Shown here piece by piece: positions 31,673 to 43,692 of a stretch of DNA of 64,000 bases (its first letter is position 1; each line of letters begins with the position of its first letter). Below the pieces are notes generated by a model, which did not search any database, was not told the origin of the DNA, and was given only the letters and a program-made list of their open reading frames with translations. This DNA comes from an uncultured Bdellovibrio sp. (GTDB lineage Bacteria; Bdellovibrionota; Bdellovibrionia; Bdellovibrionales; Bdellovibrionaceae): positions 480,001-544,000 of the forward strand of contig CAWVRN010000001.1 of assembly GCA_963932905.1 (NCBI GenBank). Direction: 5' to 3'. Made by a program: the position numbers and the translations under genes.

Positions 31673-33748
31673 ATGAGCGACAATATCAATTTTAGTTCCA
31701 TAGTTCAAAATTGGAAAAATACAAGCCAGACATCAAAGATGCATTGGTCAGGGACTCTGGACGAATACCTGAAAATGGTAAAACAAAATCCGAAAATTAC
31801 TCGCAACGCCTTTCAACGTATGTACGACATGATCGTCGAATCGGGCAGCGAAAAATATATTGATTTCAAAAAAGAAGTTGTTCGCTATAAATTCTTCGAC
31901 GATGCAGCTAACAACGGTAAAGATGCCGTCTTTGGATTAGATATCATGTTGATGAAACTAGTGAACGTGCTTAAAGCCGCAGCGCTAGGTTACGGAACGG
32001 AAAAGCGCGTCATCCTTCTTCATGGCCCGGTGGGATCTGCAAAATCAACAGTGTGCCGTATGCTGAAAAAAGGTTTAGAGGCCTACTCTAAAACTGATAA
32101 AGGTGCTCTTTACACATTTGAATGGATTGACGAAAAAGAAGAACTAGATGGTTTGCTAGGTAAAGGCGTTCGTGCGTTTCCGAGTCCAATGCATGAAGAG
32201 CCATTGTTATTGATCCCTGAAGAAATGCGCGCTCAATTGTGTGATGAAATTAATCGCGGACAAGATGGCGAATACCGCATGAAGATTGAAGGTGAGTTGT
32301 CACCGCCATCACGTTTCATTTTCAAAAGTCTAATGGATAGATACCAAGGCGATATCATGAAAGTATTCTCGCACGTTCGCGTACGCAGAATGTTCCTTTC
32401 AGAAGCGGATCGTATCGGTATAGGTACATTCCAGCCGAAAGATGAAAAGAATCAAGATTCAACTGAATTAACTGGCGATATCAACTACCGTAAAATTGCT
32501 GAATACGGATCTGATTCTGACCCGCGCGCGTTCAACTTTGACGGCGAATTCAATGTGGCGAATCGTGGGATGATCGAATTCGTCGAGGTTCTAAAACTTG
32601 ACGTAGCTTTCTTGTATGACCTATTAGGTGCTTCGCAAGAGCATCGCGTGAAGCCTAAGAAGTTTGCTCAGACGTACATTGATGAGGTGATCATTGGTCA
32701 CACGAATGAACCCGAGTATCGCCGTTTGCAAGATAACGAATTCATGGAAGCACTTCGTGATAGAACAGTGAAGATCGATATTCCGTATATTACTCGCTGG
32801 AAAGAAGAAATTAATATCTATAAAAAAGATTTTAATTCTCAGCGCCTAAGAGGAATTTCGATTGCGCCACATACTATTGAAATGGCCGCAATGTGGGCAA
32901 TTCTAACTCGTTTAGAAAAGCCGAAGAAAGCTAACTTAACTCGTTTGCAGAAATTGAAACTATATAATGGTAAAACCCTTCCTAATTACACGGAAGATAA
33001 CGTTAAAGAATTGCGCAAAGAAACGGTTCGCGAAGGTTTAGAGGGTATTTCACCTCGTTACATTCAAGATAAGTTATCAAACGCAATCGTAAATGCTCAA
33101 CAGAACAACAAGGGTTCCGTGAATCCGTTCATGGTGCTGATTGAACTAGAGAATGGTTTAAAAAATCACTCTTTGATTTCAAATGAAGAGTTGAAGTCGG
33201 ATTATCGTGAATTAATTGGTGTTGTTAAGCAAGAATACGAAGAAATTATTAAAGGCGAAGTTCAACGTGCGATCAGTGCGGATGAAAGTGCCCTTCAACG
33301 ACTATGCGCTAACTACATCGATAACGTAAAAGCGTTCACTCAAAAAGAACGTGTACGCAATCAGTTCACGGGCATGGATGAAGAGGCCGACGAGCGTTTA
33401 ATGAGATCTATCGAAGAAAAAATCGAAATTCCTGAATCTCGCAAAGACGATTTCCGTCGCGAGATCATGAATTACATCGGGGCCCTGTCACTTGAAGGCA
33501 AGAAGTTCAATTACAAAATGAATGAACGTCTTCATAAAGCTTTAGAACTGAAATTATTTGAAGATCAAAAAGATAGTATCAAGTTAACAAGCTTAGTGAG
33601 CTCGGTCGTTGATAAAGATACACAAGAAAAAATTGAAATTGTTAAATCTCGTCTAATCAAGGATTTTGGTTACGATGAAATCTCGGCGACAGATGTGTTA
33701 CATTACGTAGCAAGTATCTTTGCACGAGGAGACGTAAAGAATAAGTAG
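31673..33748 (+). CDS. prkA: PrkA/YeaG AAA+ serine kinase
   Basis: [40 protein letters not shown]. Confidence 0.95.
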   Translation: MSDNINFSSIVQNWKNTSQTSKMHWSGTLDEYLKMVKQNPKITRNAFQRMYDMIVESGSEKYIDFKKEVVRYKFFDDAANNGKDAVFGLDIMLMKLVNVLKAAALGYGTEKRVILLHGPVGSAKSTVCRMLKKGLEAYSKTDKGALYTFEWIDEKEELDGLLGKGVRAFPSPMHEEPLLLIPEEMRAQLCDEINRGQDGEYRMKIEGELSPPSRFIFKSLMDRYQGDIMKVFSHVRVRRMFLSEADRIGIGTFQPKDEKNQDSTELTGDINYRKIAEYGSDSDPRAFNFDGEFNVANRGMIEFVEVLKLDVAFLYDLLGASQEHRVKPKKFAQTYIDEVIIGHTNEPEYRRLQDNEFMEALRDRTVKIDIPYITRWKEEINIYKKDFNSQRLRGISIAPHTIEMAAMWAILTRLEKPKKANLTRLQKLKLYNGKTLPNYTEDNVKELRKETVREGLEGISPRYIQDKLSNAIVNAQQNNKGSVNPFMVLIELENGLKNHSLISNEELKSDYRELIGVVKQEYEEIIKGEVQRAISADESALQRLCANYIDNVKAFTQKERVRNQFTGMDEEADERLMRSIEEKIEIPESRKDDFRREIMNYIGALSLEGKKFNYKMNERLHKALELKLFEDQKDSIKLTSLVSSVVDKDTQEKIEIVKSRLIKDFGYDEISATDVLHYVASIFARGDVKNK

Positions 33749-33753
33749 GAAAC

Positions 33754-34848
33754 ATGTCAATTAAAGAAGATCATTCACGGTTTCGAGATATAGTTAAAGG
33801 TAAAGTTAAAGAGAACTTTAAGAAATATGTCTCGCAAGGTGAAATGATAGGGAAGCGAGAAGATGAATTCGTAAAGATTCCGCTGCCGTCTATTGACATT
33901 CCTAATTTCCGTTACGGCGCCAAACAACAGGGTGGCGTTGGTCAAGGTGAAGGTCAACAAGGTGAAGACGTCGGCGATCCTGGTCAGGGTCAGGGCGCTG
34001 CCGGCGATAAACCGGGTGAACATTTAGTCGAAGTCGAATTGTCCCTAGATGAATTAGCAGAAATCCTTGGCGAGAAATTGCAATTACCCAGGATCGAACC
34101 CAAGGGTAATAAAAACATCGACACAGTTAAGACTAAATACAACGGTCTTGCGCCAGTCGGACCCGAAGGTCTTCGTCAGTTTAAAAACACTTACAAGCAA
34201 GCGTTGAAGCGTATGATTTCAAGCGGTTACTACGATCCGAAAGATCCTAAGATCGTTCCGATTCGTCGTGATTTTAGATATAAAACTTTCAAGAAGATCG
34301 TTCAGCCTCAAACTAAAGCCGTTGTCATTTATATGATGGACGTTTCGGGTTCGATGGGTGACGAGCAAAAAGAAATCGTTCGCTTGGAAAGTTTTTGGAT
34401 CAACACGTGGCTCAAAAAACATTACAAGGGCCTTGAAACCCGCTTCATTATTCACGATGCGGCCGCCAAGGAAGTGGACGAGAATACTTTTTTTAGAACC
34501 AGTGAATCGGGTGGTACGTTAATTAGCTCGGCTTATAAGTTGGCGCAGCAGATTATCGAGGAAGATTATCCACCAAATGAATGGAACATTTATCCATTTC
34601 ATTTCAGTGACGGCGATAACTGGAGTGGTGAAGATACGCGATTGTGCATAAAACTAATCCGTGAATTTTTCATCCCGAACACAAACGTGTTTTGCTACGG
34701 CCAGGTAGAAAGTAAATATGGATCTGGTCAATTTTTAAAAGATTTACAGAAAGAATTTCCGGAAAGTGAACAGGTGCTTCTAAGTCAGATCGAAAACAGA
34801 GATAAGATTTTAGATTCAATTAAGGACTTTTTAGGAAAAGGAAAATAG
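33754..34848 (+). CDS. yeaH: YeaH/YhbH (DUF444) vWA protein
   Basis: Gly-rich linker, [25 protein letters not shown]. Confidence 0.92.
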   Translation: MSIKEDHSRFRDIVKGKVKENFKKYVSQGEMIGKREDEFVKIPLPSIDIPNFRYGAKQQGGVGQGEGQQGEDVGDPGQGQGAAGDKPGEHLVEVELSLDELAEILGEKLQLPRIEPKGNKNIDTVKTKYNGLAPVGPEGLRQFKNTYKQALKRMISSGYYDPKDPKIVPIRRDFRYKTFKKIVQPQTKAVVIYMMDVSGSMGDEQKEIVRLESFWINTWLKKHYKGLETRFIIHDAAAKEVDENTFFRTSESGGTLISSAYKLAQQIIEEDYPPNEWNIYPFHFSDGDNWSGEDTRLCIKLIREFFIPNTNVFCYGQVESKYGSGQFLKDLQKEFPESEQVLLSQIENRDKILDSIKDFLGKGK

Positions 34849-36360
34849 ATGGCTAACTTAACTCCCGAATTAGAAGCAGAAAGAAAGAAAATTTGCCAGA
34901 TCGCTAAAGACGCGGGCCTGGACTGCTTTGAAACTATTTTTGAATTGATCACCTATGATCAAATCAATCAGTTCGCAGCTTTCGGAGGTTTTCCCGTAAG
35001 ATATCCACACTGGAAGTTCGGGATGGAGTACGAGCACCTTTCAAAAAGTTACGAATACGGTTTATCTAAAATATACGAAATGGTTATCAACACCGATCCC
35101 TGTTATGCCTATCTAATGGAAGGCAATATGATGATGGATCAAAAATTGGTGATGGCACACGTTTACGGCCATTGCGATTTTTTTAAAAACAATGTTTGGT
35201 TTGGGAAAACAAATCGCAAAATGATGGACCAAATGGCGAACCATGCGACGCGCATTCGTCGTTACATAGATCGTTATGGTTTAGATCGCGTAGAAGAATT
35301 TATCGACACATGCTTAAGCTTAGAAAATTTAATCGATCGCTACAGCCCATACCAAGAGAAAAGCACAAAAGTAGAAGCTCCGGTGGAGGATGAAGGCCGC
35401 AATGTTGAGCCAGGTATGTTGCGCGTAAATCGTCCGTATATGCGCGATTTTATCAATCCACCTGAGTTCGTAAAAGAACAAAAAAAGAAACATGAAGAAC
35501 AAGAACGTATGAAGCGCTCTAAATTTCCGGCTGAGCCAGAGAAAGATGTCCTGACGTTTTTGCTTAATTACGCTCCGCTAGAAGATTGGCAGCAAGATAT
35601 TTTAAGTATCATTCGCGATGAAGCTTATTATTTCTCGCCGCAAGGTATGACTAAAACAATGAACGAAGGTTGGGCATCCTACTGGCATTCTAAATTGATG
35701 ACGGAAAAAATTCTGCACGATTCAGAAATTATCGACTTTGCAGACCATCACTCGGGCACAATGGCGATGGCGCCGAATGGGTACAATCCCTACAAGGTGG
35801 GTATTGAATTATTCCGCGATATCGAAGATCGCTGGAACAAGGGTCAATTTGGTCGCGAGTGGGATCAATGTGATGACGTGAAAGAACGTAAACATTGGGA
35901 TAAAAAGTTAGGCCTGGGTCGTCAAAAAATATTCGAAGTCAGAAAATTTTATAATGACGTAACGTTTATCGATGAATTCCTTACAGAAGATTTTTGCGTG
36001 CGAAACAAGCTATTCGTGTACAAGTTCAATAAGCGCACAAATAAATTTGAAGTCGACACTCGAGATTTTAAAGCCATTAAAGCAAAACTTCTGTTCCACA
36101 TGACTAATTTCGGGCAACCGATTATTAGAATTGAAGACGCGAATTTCGAAAATCGAGGCGAATTACTTTTAACTCACCTACACGAAGGCATTGATTTACA
36201 ACCGGATTTTATGAACGAGACTCTTAAAAACGTTCAAAAAATTTGGAGCCGACCGGTGAATTTGGTCACAGCGATGGAAGGCGAAGGTTTCCTTTACCGC
36301 TATGATGGAAAAGAGCTTCAGACCCATAAAATTCAGCCATTGCCTCAGCAGAAAGCTTAG
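34849..36360 (+). CDS. spoVR: SpoVR/YcgB family protein
   Basis: RYPHWKFG, KIYEMVIN, AHVYGHCDFFKN, MNEGWASYWH, NPYKVG. Confidence 0.94.
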   Translation: MANLTPELEAERKKICQIAKDAGLDCFETIFELITYDQINQFAAFGGFPVRYPHWKFGMEYEHLSKSYEYGLSKIYEMVINTDPCYAYLMEGNMMMDQKLVMAHVYGHCDFFKNNVWFGKTNRKMMDQMANHATRIRRYIDRYGLDRVEEFIDTCLSLENLIDRYSPYQEKSTKVEAPVEDEGRNVEPGMLRVNRPYMRDFINPPEFVKEQKKKHEEQERMKRSKFPAEPEKDVLTFLLNYAPLEDWQQDILSIIRDEAYYFSPQGMTKTMNEGWASYWHSKLMTEKILHDSEIIDFADHHSGTMAMAPNGYNPYKVGIELFRDIEDRWNKGQFGREWDQCDDVKERKHWDKKLGLGRQKIFEVRKFYNDVTFIDEFLTEDFCVRNKLFVYKFNKRTNKFEVDTRDFKAIKAKLLFHMTNFGQPIIRIEDANFENRGELLLTHLHEGIDLQPDFMNETLKNVQKIWSRPVNLVTAMEGEGFLYRYDGKELQTHKIQPLPQQKA

Positions 36361-36377
36361 TCTAGTCTTTGAGGTCT

Positions 36378-36740
36378 ATGTCCAATACGCGCACAGTCTA
36401 TTCCACTGACCCTAAAGACAAGGTTAATTGCCCAGAATGTAAAAGAAACTTTACAGACTGCAAGTGCATGAAGCAAGATTTGGTAGATACGTCCAAGATC
36501 ACGGTCGTTCTTCGTTTAGAGAAGAACGGACGAGGTGGAAAAACAGTGACAATCATAGAAAAATTACCAAGAAACGAGACGTATTTGAAGGAGCTATGCC
36601 GGGAAATCAAGGCCAAATGCGCTTCTGGCGGGACTCACAGGCTGACGACGGATCAGGCGGTAATAGAGATACAGGGAGATAAACTGGAGATAGTTAAAAA
36701 AATTTTGACGCAAAAGTTGATTAAATTTAAGGGCTTTTAA
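36378..36740 (+). CDS. yciH: SUI1/YciH translation initiation factor-like protein
   Basis: VYSTD, RLEKNGRGGKTVT, KCASGGT, IEIQGD; ATG at 36378 after GAGG. Confidence 0.9.
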   Translation: MSNTRTVYSTDPKDKVNCPECKRNFTDCKCMKQDLVDTSKITVVLRLEKNGRGGKTVTIIEKLPRNETYLKELCREIKAKCASGGTHRLTTDQAVIEIQGDKLEIVKKILTQKLIKFKGF

Positions 36741-36819
36741 TGTAAAGTAAGCCAAAATTATTCCTTGTATAATTAAAGCTTTTGTATTTAAACACAGAGA
36801 TAAACCTTAGGTAAACCAA

Positions 36820-37500
36820 ATGACTTTAAAGAAAAAAGTATTGATAGTGGACGATTACGAAGAAAGCTGCGCGCTTTTGAGTGAGATTCTCGAAGAGAGT
36901 TACGAGTGCTTAGCAACTCAAGAGAGTTCAAAAACATTCGAGCTTCTTGAAACGTTCAAGCCAAACTTAGTAATCCTTGATTATAAAATGCCGGGACTTT
37001 TAGGTGTTGATGTATGTGCGCAAATTCGCGCCAAAGAAGACACAAAATATATTCCTGTTGTATTCGTTTCTGGTGCCGCGACAGTGGAAGAAAAAATTCG
37101 CGCGTTTGAAATGGGTGCAGACGATTTCGTTTCTAAGCCATTTCATGTGAAAGAATTATTATTGCGCGTGAAACGTTTAGTAGATCGTGAAAATGAAGCG
37201 GTCAGCGAATTGGCAGCTTCAAATTTGAAAATGAATTTACTTTCACGTCGAGTTTATCTTGATGGTGTTGAAGTTCAATTAACTCCTAAGCAATTCGATA
37301 TCTTAAAGCTTCTTGTGGGCGCGAAAAACAATCTGGTATCTCGCGAGAAGTTTCTGGAAGAGATCTGGGGTGATACCGAAGTCACATCTCGAAACGTAGA
37401 TAGTCAGATCAATTATCTAAAACGTAAAATTGAAACCTTTAAAGGTAAAATATCAGCGGTACCAAGTCTTGGTTACCGACTGGATGTTCAAGAGGGCTAA
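36820..37500 (+). CDS. OmpR-family response regulator
   Basis: IVDD, LDYKMPG, GADDFVSKPF, winged helix LTPKQF...SRNVDSQI...GYRL. Confidence 0.93.
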   Translation: MTLKKKVLIVDDYEESCALLSEILEESYECLATQESSKTFELLETFKPNLVILDYKMPGLLGVDVCAQIRAKEDTKYIPVVFVSGAATVEEKIRAFEMGADDFVSKPFHVKELLLRVKRLVDRENEAVSELAASNLKMNLLSRRVYLDGVEVQLTPKQFDILKLLVGAKNNLVSREKFLEEIWGDTEVTSRNVDSQINYLKRKIETFKGKISAVPSLGYRLDVQEG

Positions 37501-37510
37501 TCGGCCATTT

Positions 37511-37537
37511 GACGGAGGGCCTCGGGGCCCTCTTCGT
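37511..37537. terminator. GC-rich hairpin between convergent genes
   Basis: GAGGGCC-TCGG-GGCCCTC. Confidence 0.6.
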
Positions 37538-37556
37538 TGTTTCTTATCGAAATACT

Positions 37557-38270
37557 TTATCTATAAGGTCTGGGAAGAAAACTAAATAAGGCGTTTAGCA
37601 CGGGGTGAGTCCATCCGACAAAACCTACTATAAATACGAGCGCAATGAAGCCTAAGGGAATTCCGATCAGGATAAAGGCTTTAGCTATGCCGTGATTTGA
37701 GGGCGGTTTGGGCCAGTCGGGTCGTATAAAACCCAGCGTGATTTTGCCGGTAGGGGTGAGTTCCAAATTCCAAAAGAAACCGGCGCAAACATAGATAATG
37801 CCCGATAAAATCATATTCCCGTACCAGCGTGGGTTGTAAACACCGTCGCGTAGGATGAGGTAGCCGTCGTAAAACCAACTAAACGAAAAAAATGAAAATA
37901 CGATCGCTAAATAGATATTAAGAATAGTCTCTTTGCCTCGTAGTGTACGCAGGATGATCCCGATAGCGAGCGGTCCAACTAAAAATGTGAAGAGGGACAT
38001 TCCAAATCCTGAAATAATGTCCCAGCTTTCATCATCCGTCCAATAACCCGCTAATGAAACAAACAAGCCAGATAGGACAAATGTGACAAGCTTCCATTTT
38101 AAAAAAAGAAAATCAAAATACCCGGCCCACTGCTGCTGTAATTTTTTTCGATTGCGTACGTAGAGGGCAATACCCACGATCAACACGCAGATCCAATTTA
38201 TTAGATAGTTTCTCATGGTTGGATGGGTCAGGGGAATCCCGAGTTCTTCAGGTAAGTGTTTAATCAGCAT
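37557..38270 (-). CDS. Multi-pass membrane protein of unknown function
   Basis: About six TM helices; overlaps tadA stop. Confidence 0.75.
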   Translation of the reverse strand: MLIKHLPEELGIPLTHPTMRNYLINWICVLIVGIALYVRNRKKLQQQWAGYFDFLFLKWKLVTFVLSGLFVSLAGYWTDDESWDIISGFGMSLFTFLVGPLAIGIILRTLRGKETILNIYLAIVFSFFSFSWFYDGYLILRDGVYNPRWYGNMILSGIIYVCAGFFWNLELTPTGKITLGFIRPDWPKPPSNHGIAKAFILIGIPLGFIALVFIVGFVGWTHPVLNALFSFLPRPYR

Positions 38271-38781
38271 CGCTAACTTTCCTTTTATTTTTATTGCGTA
38301 CGCGAAGTTCTTTGAAAAATGTTTTTAATAACACCGAGCTTTCATCCTTTAGTAGTCCCGTGCGCCACTTGGGTTGATGGTTGAGTCGCTTATCATCAAA
38401 AACTTGATAGAGGCTGCAGCAGGCACCGGCTTTTGGGTCTTCAGTGGCAATGTATACGTTATGCAGCCGTGCTTGAATGATCGCTCCTGAACACATGAGG
38501 CAGGGCTCAAGCGTAATGTAAAGGTCACAATCCGTGAGTCTCCACGTTTTTAATTTTAAAGCGGCCTTTTGAATAACGATAAGCTCGGCATGCAAGATAG
38601 GGTTGTTCTTGGATTCCTTTAAGTTGTAACCACGAGCGACCACTTTATCATCTTTTACGATGATGGCGCCGACAGGCACTTCGCCTTTAATTTTGGCTTT
38701 ATGGGCTTCTTTAAGGGCCAAGCCCATCCAATACGATGGGTCTTTGGCTCCTGAGGGTCGGGTTTTTAGGGTTTTGGGCAT
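38260..38781 (-). CDS. tadA: tRNA adenosine(34) deaminase
   Basis: GEVPVGA, HAE, TLEPCLMC, DPKAGA, LNH. Confidence 0.93.
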   Translation of the reverse strand: MPKTLKTRPSGAKDPSYWMGLALKEAHKAKIKGEVPVGAIIVKDDKVVARGYNLKESKNNPILHAELIVIQKAALKLKTWRLTDCDLYITLEPCLMCSGAIIQARLHNVYIATEDPKAGACCSLYQVFDDKRLNHQPKWRTGLLKDESSVLLKTFFKELRVRNKNKRKVSDAD

Positions 38782-38903
38782 CGGTGCTCCTAGAAATATT
38801 GCATAGCATTAAAATCATATAAGTCAAAGTGTTTGCTAAAGGAAAGGGCTTTTGCTATTCCTCACGGTTTACTTACATGCATTTGAGAGGACGGTGATTT
38901 TTA

Positions 38904-39098
38904 ATGCCATTTGTTAAACTTAGAGACGGTGAAAACTTTGAATCTGCTTTCAGAAAATTCAAAAAATCTTGTGAAAAAGCGGGTATCCTTTCAGAAGTAA
39001 AAAAACGCGAACATTTCGAAAAACCTAGCGTACGTTTGAAAAAGAAGTCTTTAGCTGCTCGTAAAAGAGCTCTTAAAAAAGCTAAAATGAGAGACTAG
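38904..39098 (+). CDS. rpsU: 30S ribosomal protein S21
   Basis: [10 protein letters not shown]...KREHFEKPS. Confidence 0.96.
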   Translation: MPFVKLRDGENFESAFRKFKKSCEKAGILSEVKKREHFEKPSVRLKKKSLAARKRALKKAKMRD

Positions 39099-39125
39099 TC
39101 ATCAGACTAAATAAACCAAAATAAT

Positions 39126-39160
39126 GGGACAGCTAAGTTGAAAAACTTGGCTGTTTCTAT
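39126..39160 (+). terminator. Hairpin/attenuator after rpsU
   Basis: ACAGCTAAGTT-GAA-AAACTTGGCTGT-like stem followed by T-rich tract. Confidence 0.55.
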
Positions 39161-39202
39161 TTTAATGATCCAAACAAAACGTTATATCCCAGGGGTTCCT
39201 AA

Positions 39203-39652
39203 ATGGAAATTCGTGAAAAGTTAATGTCCGACATGAAAGACGCGATGAGAGCCAAAGACTCTGTAAAACTAGAAGCCATCCGTTTTTTGCAATCAGCAAT
39301 CAAATACAAAGAAGTTGAAGTTCGTCCCAATGCTATAACAGCCGACGACGTACTTGGCGTAATTAAAAAATTAGTAAAACAAAGAAAAGAATCTATCGAG
39401 CAGTTCAAGGCAGCCTCTCGCCAAGATCTAGTCGACAAAGAAACTCTAGAATTGAAAGTTTTAGAAGCGTATTTGCCGGCGCAAATGACCGCCGATCAAA
39501 TTGCCGCTATCGTAACTGAAGTTATTGCCAAAACAGGCGCTAAATCCATTAAAGAAATGGGCATGGTGATGAAAGAAGTTATGGCCAAAACCGCTGGAGC
39601 CGCGGATAACAAGACCGTGAGCGAAATTATTAAACAAAAGCTATCTGTTTAG
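39203..39652 (+). CDS. yqeY: GatB/YqeY domain protein
   Basis: DMKDAMRAKD, KQRKESIEQF, YLPAQM, MGMVMK. Confidence 0.93.
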   Translation: MEIREKLMSDMKDAMRAKDSVKLEAIRFLQSAIKYKEVEVRPNAITADDVLGVIKKLVKQRKESIEQFKAASRQDLVDKETLELKVLEAYLPAQMTADQIAAIVTEVIAKTGAKSIKEMGMVMKEVMAKTAGAADNKTVSEIIKQKLSV

Positions 39653-39724
39653 ATAGCTTTTGCTGTTCTTTTTGGGCAAATGCCTTAATCTATTAGTACA
39701 CACTTAAGACAGAGACAGGCGACG

Positions 39725-41707
39725 ATGAAGTTTTCTCAGGAATTTATTGATCAAGTTCAAGACGCTAATAATCTCGTCGATATTATTTCTCAATACACGC
39801 AGTTAAAACAGTCGGGATCGGGCTTGATGGGTCGCTGTCCCTTTCCAGATCACAAGGAAAAAACACCCAGCTTTTCTGTGTCGGAAGCCAAACAGGTTTA
39901 TCACTGTTTTGGCTGTCAAAAGAGCGGAAATATTTTTACATTTTTAAATCAATATCAAGGTATGTCGTTCCCGCAATCGATGGAATACCTAGCCGATCGC
40001 GCCGGTATAGCCCTTCCGAAAGAGACTCAGGATTTTGACGACAAGAATGCTATTCGCAAAAAAGAAATTTTAAAATTAAACAAAACCGCACTGAATTTTT
40101 TCAATAAAAATTTAGAGACGGCAGGAAAAGATCACCCTGTTCGTCAGTACATGAATAAACGTGGACTGACAGATGACATTATCAAAATGTTCCGCCTAGG
40201 TTGGTCGCTTCCAGAATGGGAAACTCTGGCAAATCATCTAAAATCATCAGGGCATTCTTTGGATTTGGCTGAAGAGGCGCGTTTAGTGAAACGTAAATCT
40301 AAAGAATCGGGATTCTATGATATCTTCCGTGAACGTTTGATATTCCCTATCACAAACTCGATGGGCGACGTTTTGGCATTTGGTGGTCGTATCCTGGCTC
40401 AGGGCGAGCCTAAATATTTGAACTCGCCCGAAACTCAGGTTTTTCAAAAAGGGAAAATATTTTACGGCTTAGAACAAACGGCCCGTTATATTCGATCTCA
40501 AGATCAGATCATAATAGTCGAGGGCTACATGGATCTGATTTCCCTGTTTCAGAGTGGCATTCGCAATGCTGTGGCTACGATGGGGACGGCACTGACCTCG
40601 GATCATGGGCGTGTTATCAAGCGTCTGACTCGTAATGTAGTTGTACTATTTGACGGGGATCGTGCGGGTAAAGAAGCCGCAGAACGCAGCCTGTCGCTGC
40701 TTTTAGAGCAAGACCTATATCCCCGAGGTTTGATCCTGCCGGACAACATGGACCCGGATGACTTTGTCAAAAGCCGAGGCGTCGGCGAGTTGAACCAGTT
40801 AATTGACCGTTCGCCTGACCTAATGAATCTAATATTTATGGAATGGTTAGTGGGATTTGGCGGAGAGCCAAGCGAGAAAATCCAGATCGCAAACAAGCTA
40901 AAGAAGGTTTTGGACGTTATCCCAGATCCTCAGTATCGAAAGCTTTATGTTGAACAGCTGGCTCCCATGATGGGAGTTGATAAAAATTGGTTGCGTGAAA
41001 CCGTGTTAGCGAAGCCGTCTTCAGGGACTGCTCATCCACATCAGCAACCAATTCAAGCGCCTATTAGGCAAATCAAGCAGGAACCAAAGGTAACGTCAAA
41101 TTCGGTGCCAAATGTTTCGAATGATCAAGTGAACTTCCCAGTGAAATCCGCTTCGAAAGTAGAGAAGCATTTGCTTTCGTTAGTTATCAAATCTCGTGCC
41201 AATTTAGACTATTTTTTGGATCAGAATTTGGGTCAATACCTAGTGAATATCCCTATGAAAAATCTTTTCAAATTCATCGATCAACACTATAGACAAAACC
41301 CTGAAAAGTTTGATAGGTTGACTAGTCTGTTAATAACTCAAATCGATGAACCGAACATTTTGTTTTTTAAGACCCCACAAGAAATTTGGAAGGGACAAAA
41401 AAAACAAACTGAAAAAGTCGACAAAGGTGACACAGATTGGGAATCGGTAGACGCGAATGATGGCAGCATCAACGAAGCAGAATCCGATTCAGCGAGTGAG
41501 TTCGACGAACAAAAAAAATTAGAGCTAGAAGCTAAATTTTTTAAGGACGCCGTCAAGCGAGTCAAAGAGGACTTTTTGAAAGAGAGATTGAAAACGATCT
41601 CCCACGAGCTAAAGGTGAGCGCAACACCAGAGAAACTCGAAGAGATGATGGCGATTCAAAAATCGCTTAAAGATCTCAAGGACAGTAAGGAAACCGCGCA
41701 GAGCTAG
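39725..41707 (+). CDS. dnaG: DNA primase
   Basis: [13 protein letters not shown]...CFGC zinc domain, [21 protein letters not shown]. Confidence 0.97.
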   Translation: MKFSQEFIDQVQDANNLVDIISQYTQLKQSGSGLMGRCPFPDHKEKTPSFSVSEAKQVYHCFGCQKSGNIFTFLNQYQGMSFPQSMEYLADRAGIALPKETQDFDDKNAIRKKEILKLNKTALNFFNKNLETAGKDHPVRQYMNKRGLTDDIIKMFRLGWSLPEWETLANHLKSSGHSLDLAEEARLVKRKSKESGFYDIFRERLIFPITNSMGDVLAFGGRILAQGEPKYLNSPETQVFQKGKIFYGLEQTARYIRSQDQIIIVEGYMDLISLFQSGIRNAVATMGTALTSDHGRVIKRLTRNVVVLFDGDRAGKEAAERSLSLLLEQDLYPRGLILPDNMDPDDFVKSRGVGELNQLIDRSPDLMNLIFMEWLVGFGGEPSEKIQIANKLKKVLDVIPDPQYRKLYVEQLAPMMGVDKNWLRETVLAKPSSGTAHPHQQPIQAPIRQIKQEPKVTSNSVPNVSNDQVNFPVKSASKVEKHLLSLVIKSRANLDYFLDQNLGQYLVNIPMKNLFKFIDQHYRQNPEKFDRLTSLLITQIDEPNILFFKTPQEIWKGQKKQTEKVDKGDTDWESVDANDGSINEAESDSASEFDEQKKLELEAKFFKDAVKRVKEDFLKERLKTISHELKVSATPEKLEEMMAIQKSLKDLKDSKETAQS

Positions 41708-41721
41708 AAACAGGGGAACGA

Positions 41722-43551
41722 GTGAAGTCAAACATACCCAATAAATCGAAAGAGCCAGTAAAAGTCCTTTCTCAAGCCGAACAAGAAGTAATCATCAAAG
41801 AAGAAATTCAGCGATTTTTAAAAATAGCTAAAGAGAAAAAAGCTCTTACGATCGAAGAGATCAACGAGATCCTTCCTCCAGAAATTTTATTACCAGTAGT
41901 TATCGATCAATTTATGCATGCTTTGGAAGCTCAAGGCGTAGTGATCACGGATCACTCTGAAATGGCAGCTAAAGAAGAAGGTGATTCTCCGTTCTTGTCA
42001 GATATCGACAAAGAGGAAGAAGAAGACGAAGACGCTGAAGAAAAAGCAGAAACTGAAGACGTTAAAGGTAATGACCCAGTTCGTTTATACCTACGCAAAA
42101 TGGGAAGTGTTTCATTATTAACTCGCGAGGGTGAAGTTGAAATCGCTAGACGTATCGAGAAAGGGGAACGTGAAATCGTTCGTGCGATCTTGATGTCACC
42201 ATTAGGAACTTGGGAAATTATCAACTTAGGTAAGCGCCTTGACGAAGGCCGTATCAAAGTTAAATCGATCTTCCGTGGTTTGGAAGACGAAGATACTCAA
42301 TACGATGAAAAAGAATACATCGACAAGATTCATGAATTAATCGGAACGGTAACAGTTTACCAAAACGACACTCGTGCATTCTTTGAAGTTTTAAGACAAG
42401 AAAATACACCCAACGACAAACGAAATGCGACGATGTCGGAACTTCGTGTGTTGAACGAAAAATTGATGCAAAATTTTGAATCCATCAATTTCAATCGTAA
42501 AACAATCAATCGTATTGTGATCAAATTCAAAAACTTAGTGAATCGCGTTTCTACATTAAGAAAACGTATCAAAGACGGCGTAGAAAGAACAATGTCTAAA
42601 GATATCAACTCTCTTGTTGAGCGTTTGAAAGTGATTGAAGGAAACGAAAAAGAATTAACGAAAATGACTAAAGACACGGGTCTAAGCTACCACCGCTTTA
42701 GATCTTACGTTGTTCAAGCTCAGGAAGCTGATGCTCGTTTAAAACGTCTAGATTCTGAAACGGAAATGACTTTCCGTTGGATTCAAGAAACGTACACCGC
42801 TATCTGGAAAGGTGAGCGCGAGGCTGATGCAGCGAAGTCTGAACTTGTAGAAGCGAATTTACGTCTCGTAGTGTCTATTGCTAAGAAATACACAAACCGT
42901 GGGTTGCAATTCCTAGATCTAATTCAGGAAGGTAACATCGGTTTGATGAAAGCCGTTGATAAGTTCGAGTATCGTCGTGGTTACAAATTTTCGACTTACG
43001 CGACTTGGTGGATTCGACAGGCGATCACGCGCGCTATCGCGGATCAGGCCCGTACAATTCGTATTCCAGTACATATGATTGAAACTATTAATAAACTTGT
43101 TCGTACATCTCGCTATTTGATCCAAGAATTAGGTCGTGAGCCATTGCCAGAGGAAATCGCAGAAAAAATGGATATGCCTGTGGATAAAGTACGCAAAGTT
43201 CTTAAAATTGCTAAAGAGCCAATCAGCTTAGAAACACCAGTGGGTGAAGAAGAAGATTCGCACTTGGGCGACTTTATCGAAGACAAAAAGGTTATTAATC
43301 CAGCAGAAGCGATTGTGAATTTGAACTTGGCGGAACAAACTCGTCGTGTTCTATCCACGTTAACAGCGCGTGAAGAGAAAGTGTTACGTATGCGTTTCGG
43401 TATCGGTGAAGAGTCGGATCACACTTTGGAAGAAGTGGGCCAAGATTTCAACGTAACTCGTGAGCGTATTCGTCAGATTGAAGCCAAGGCACTTCGCAAG
43501 CTTCGTCACCCAAGCCGCTCTAACAAGCTTAAAGCTTTCGTTGACGGATAA
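41722..43551 (+). CDS. rpoD: Primary sigma factor sigma70
   Basis: [52 protein letters not shown]. Confidence 0.98.
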   Translation: MKSNIPNKSKEPVKVLSQAEQEVIIKEEIQRFLKIAKEKKALTIEEINEILPPEILLPVVIDQFMHALEAQGVVITDHSEMAAKEEGDSPFLSDIDKEEEEDEDAEEKAETEDVKGNDPVRLYLRKMGSVSLLTREGEVEIARRIEKGEREIVRAILMSPLGTWEIINLGKRLDEGRIKVKSIFRGLEDEDTQYDEKEYIDKIHELIGTVTVYQNDTRAFFEVLRQENTPNDKRNATMSELRVLNEKLMQNFESINFNRKTINRIVIKFKNLVNRVSTLRKRIKDGVERTMSKDINSLVERLKVIEGNEKELTKMTKDTGLSYHRFRSYVVQAQEADARLKRLDSETEMTFRWIQETYTAIWKGEREADAAKSELVEANLRLVVSIAKKYTNRGLQFLDLIQEGNIGLMKAVDKFEYRRGYKFSTYATWWIRQAITRAIADQARTIRIPVHMIETINKLVRTSRYLIQELGREPLPEEIAEKMDMPVDKVRKVLKIAKEPISLETPVGEEEDSHLGDFIEDKKVINPAEAIVNLNLAEQTRRVLSTLTAREEKVLRMRFGIGEESDHTLEEVGQDFNVTRERIRQIEAKALRKLRHPSRSNKLKAFVDG

Positions 43552-43574
43552 ATTAGTATCTTTTAAATTTTAAT

Positions 43575-43601
43575 AGAACCTATCGCCAACTGGTAGGTTC
43601 T
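43575..43601 (+). terminator. Hairpin after rpoD
   Basis: AGAACCTATC...GGTAGGTTCT stem. Confidence 0.5.
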
Positions 43602-43615
43602 TGAATTCCCAAGGC

Positions 43616-43692
43616 GGGGGTGTAGCTTAGTTGGTTAAAGCAATCGGCTCATAACCGATGGATCCGGGGTTCAAGTCCCTGCGCCCCTACCA
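43616..43692 (+). tRNA. tRNA with CAT anticodon, most likely tRNA-Ile2 (lysidine type); elongator Met not excluded
   Basis: Cloverleaf: acceptor GGGGGTG/CGCCCCT, anticodon arm ATCGG-CTCATAA-CCGAT, T-loop TTCAAGT, ACCA end; lacks initiator features; position after rpoD recalls ileX. Confidence 0.92.

Noticed and set aside
31673..36360. prkA-yeaH-spoVR as a novel system
   Set aside because: Well-known conserved three-gene module
43616..43692. Initiator tRNA-fMet
   Set aside because: No C1-A72 mismatch and no three consecutive G-C pairs in the anticodon stem
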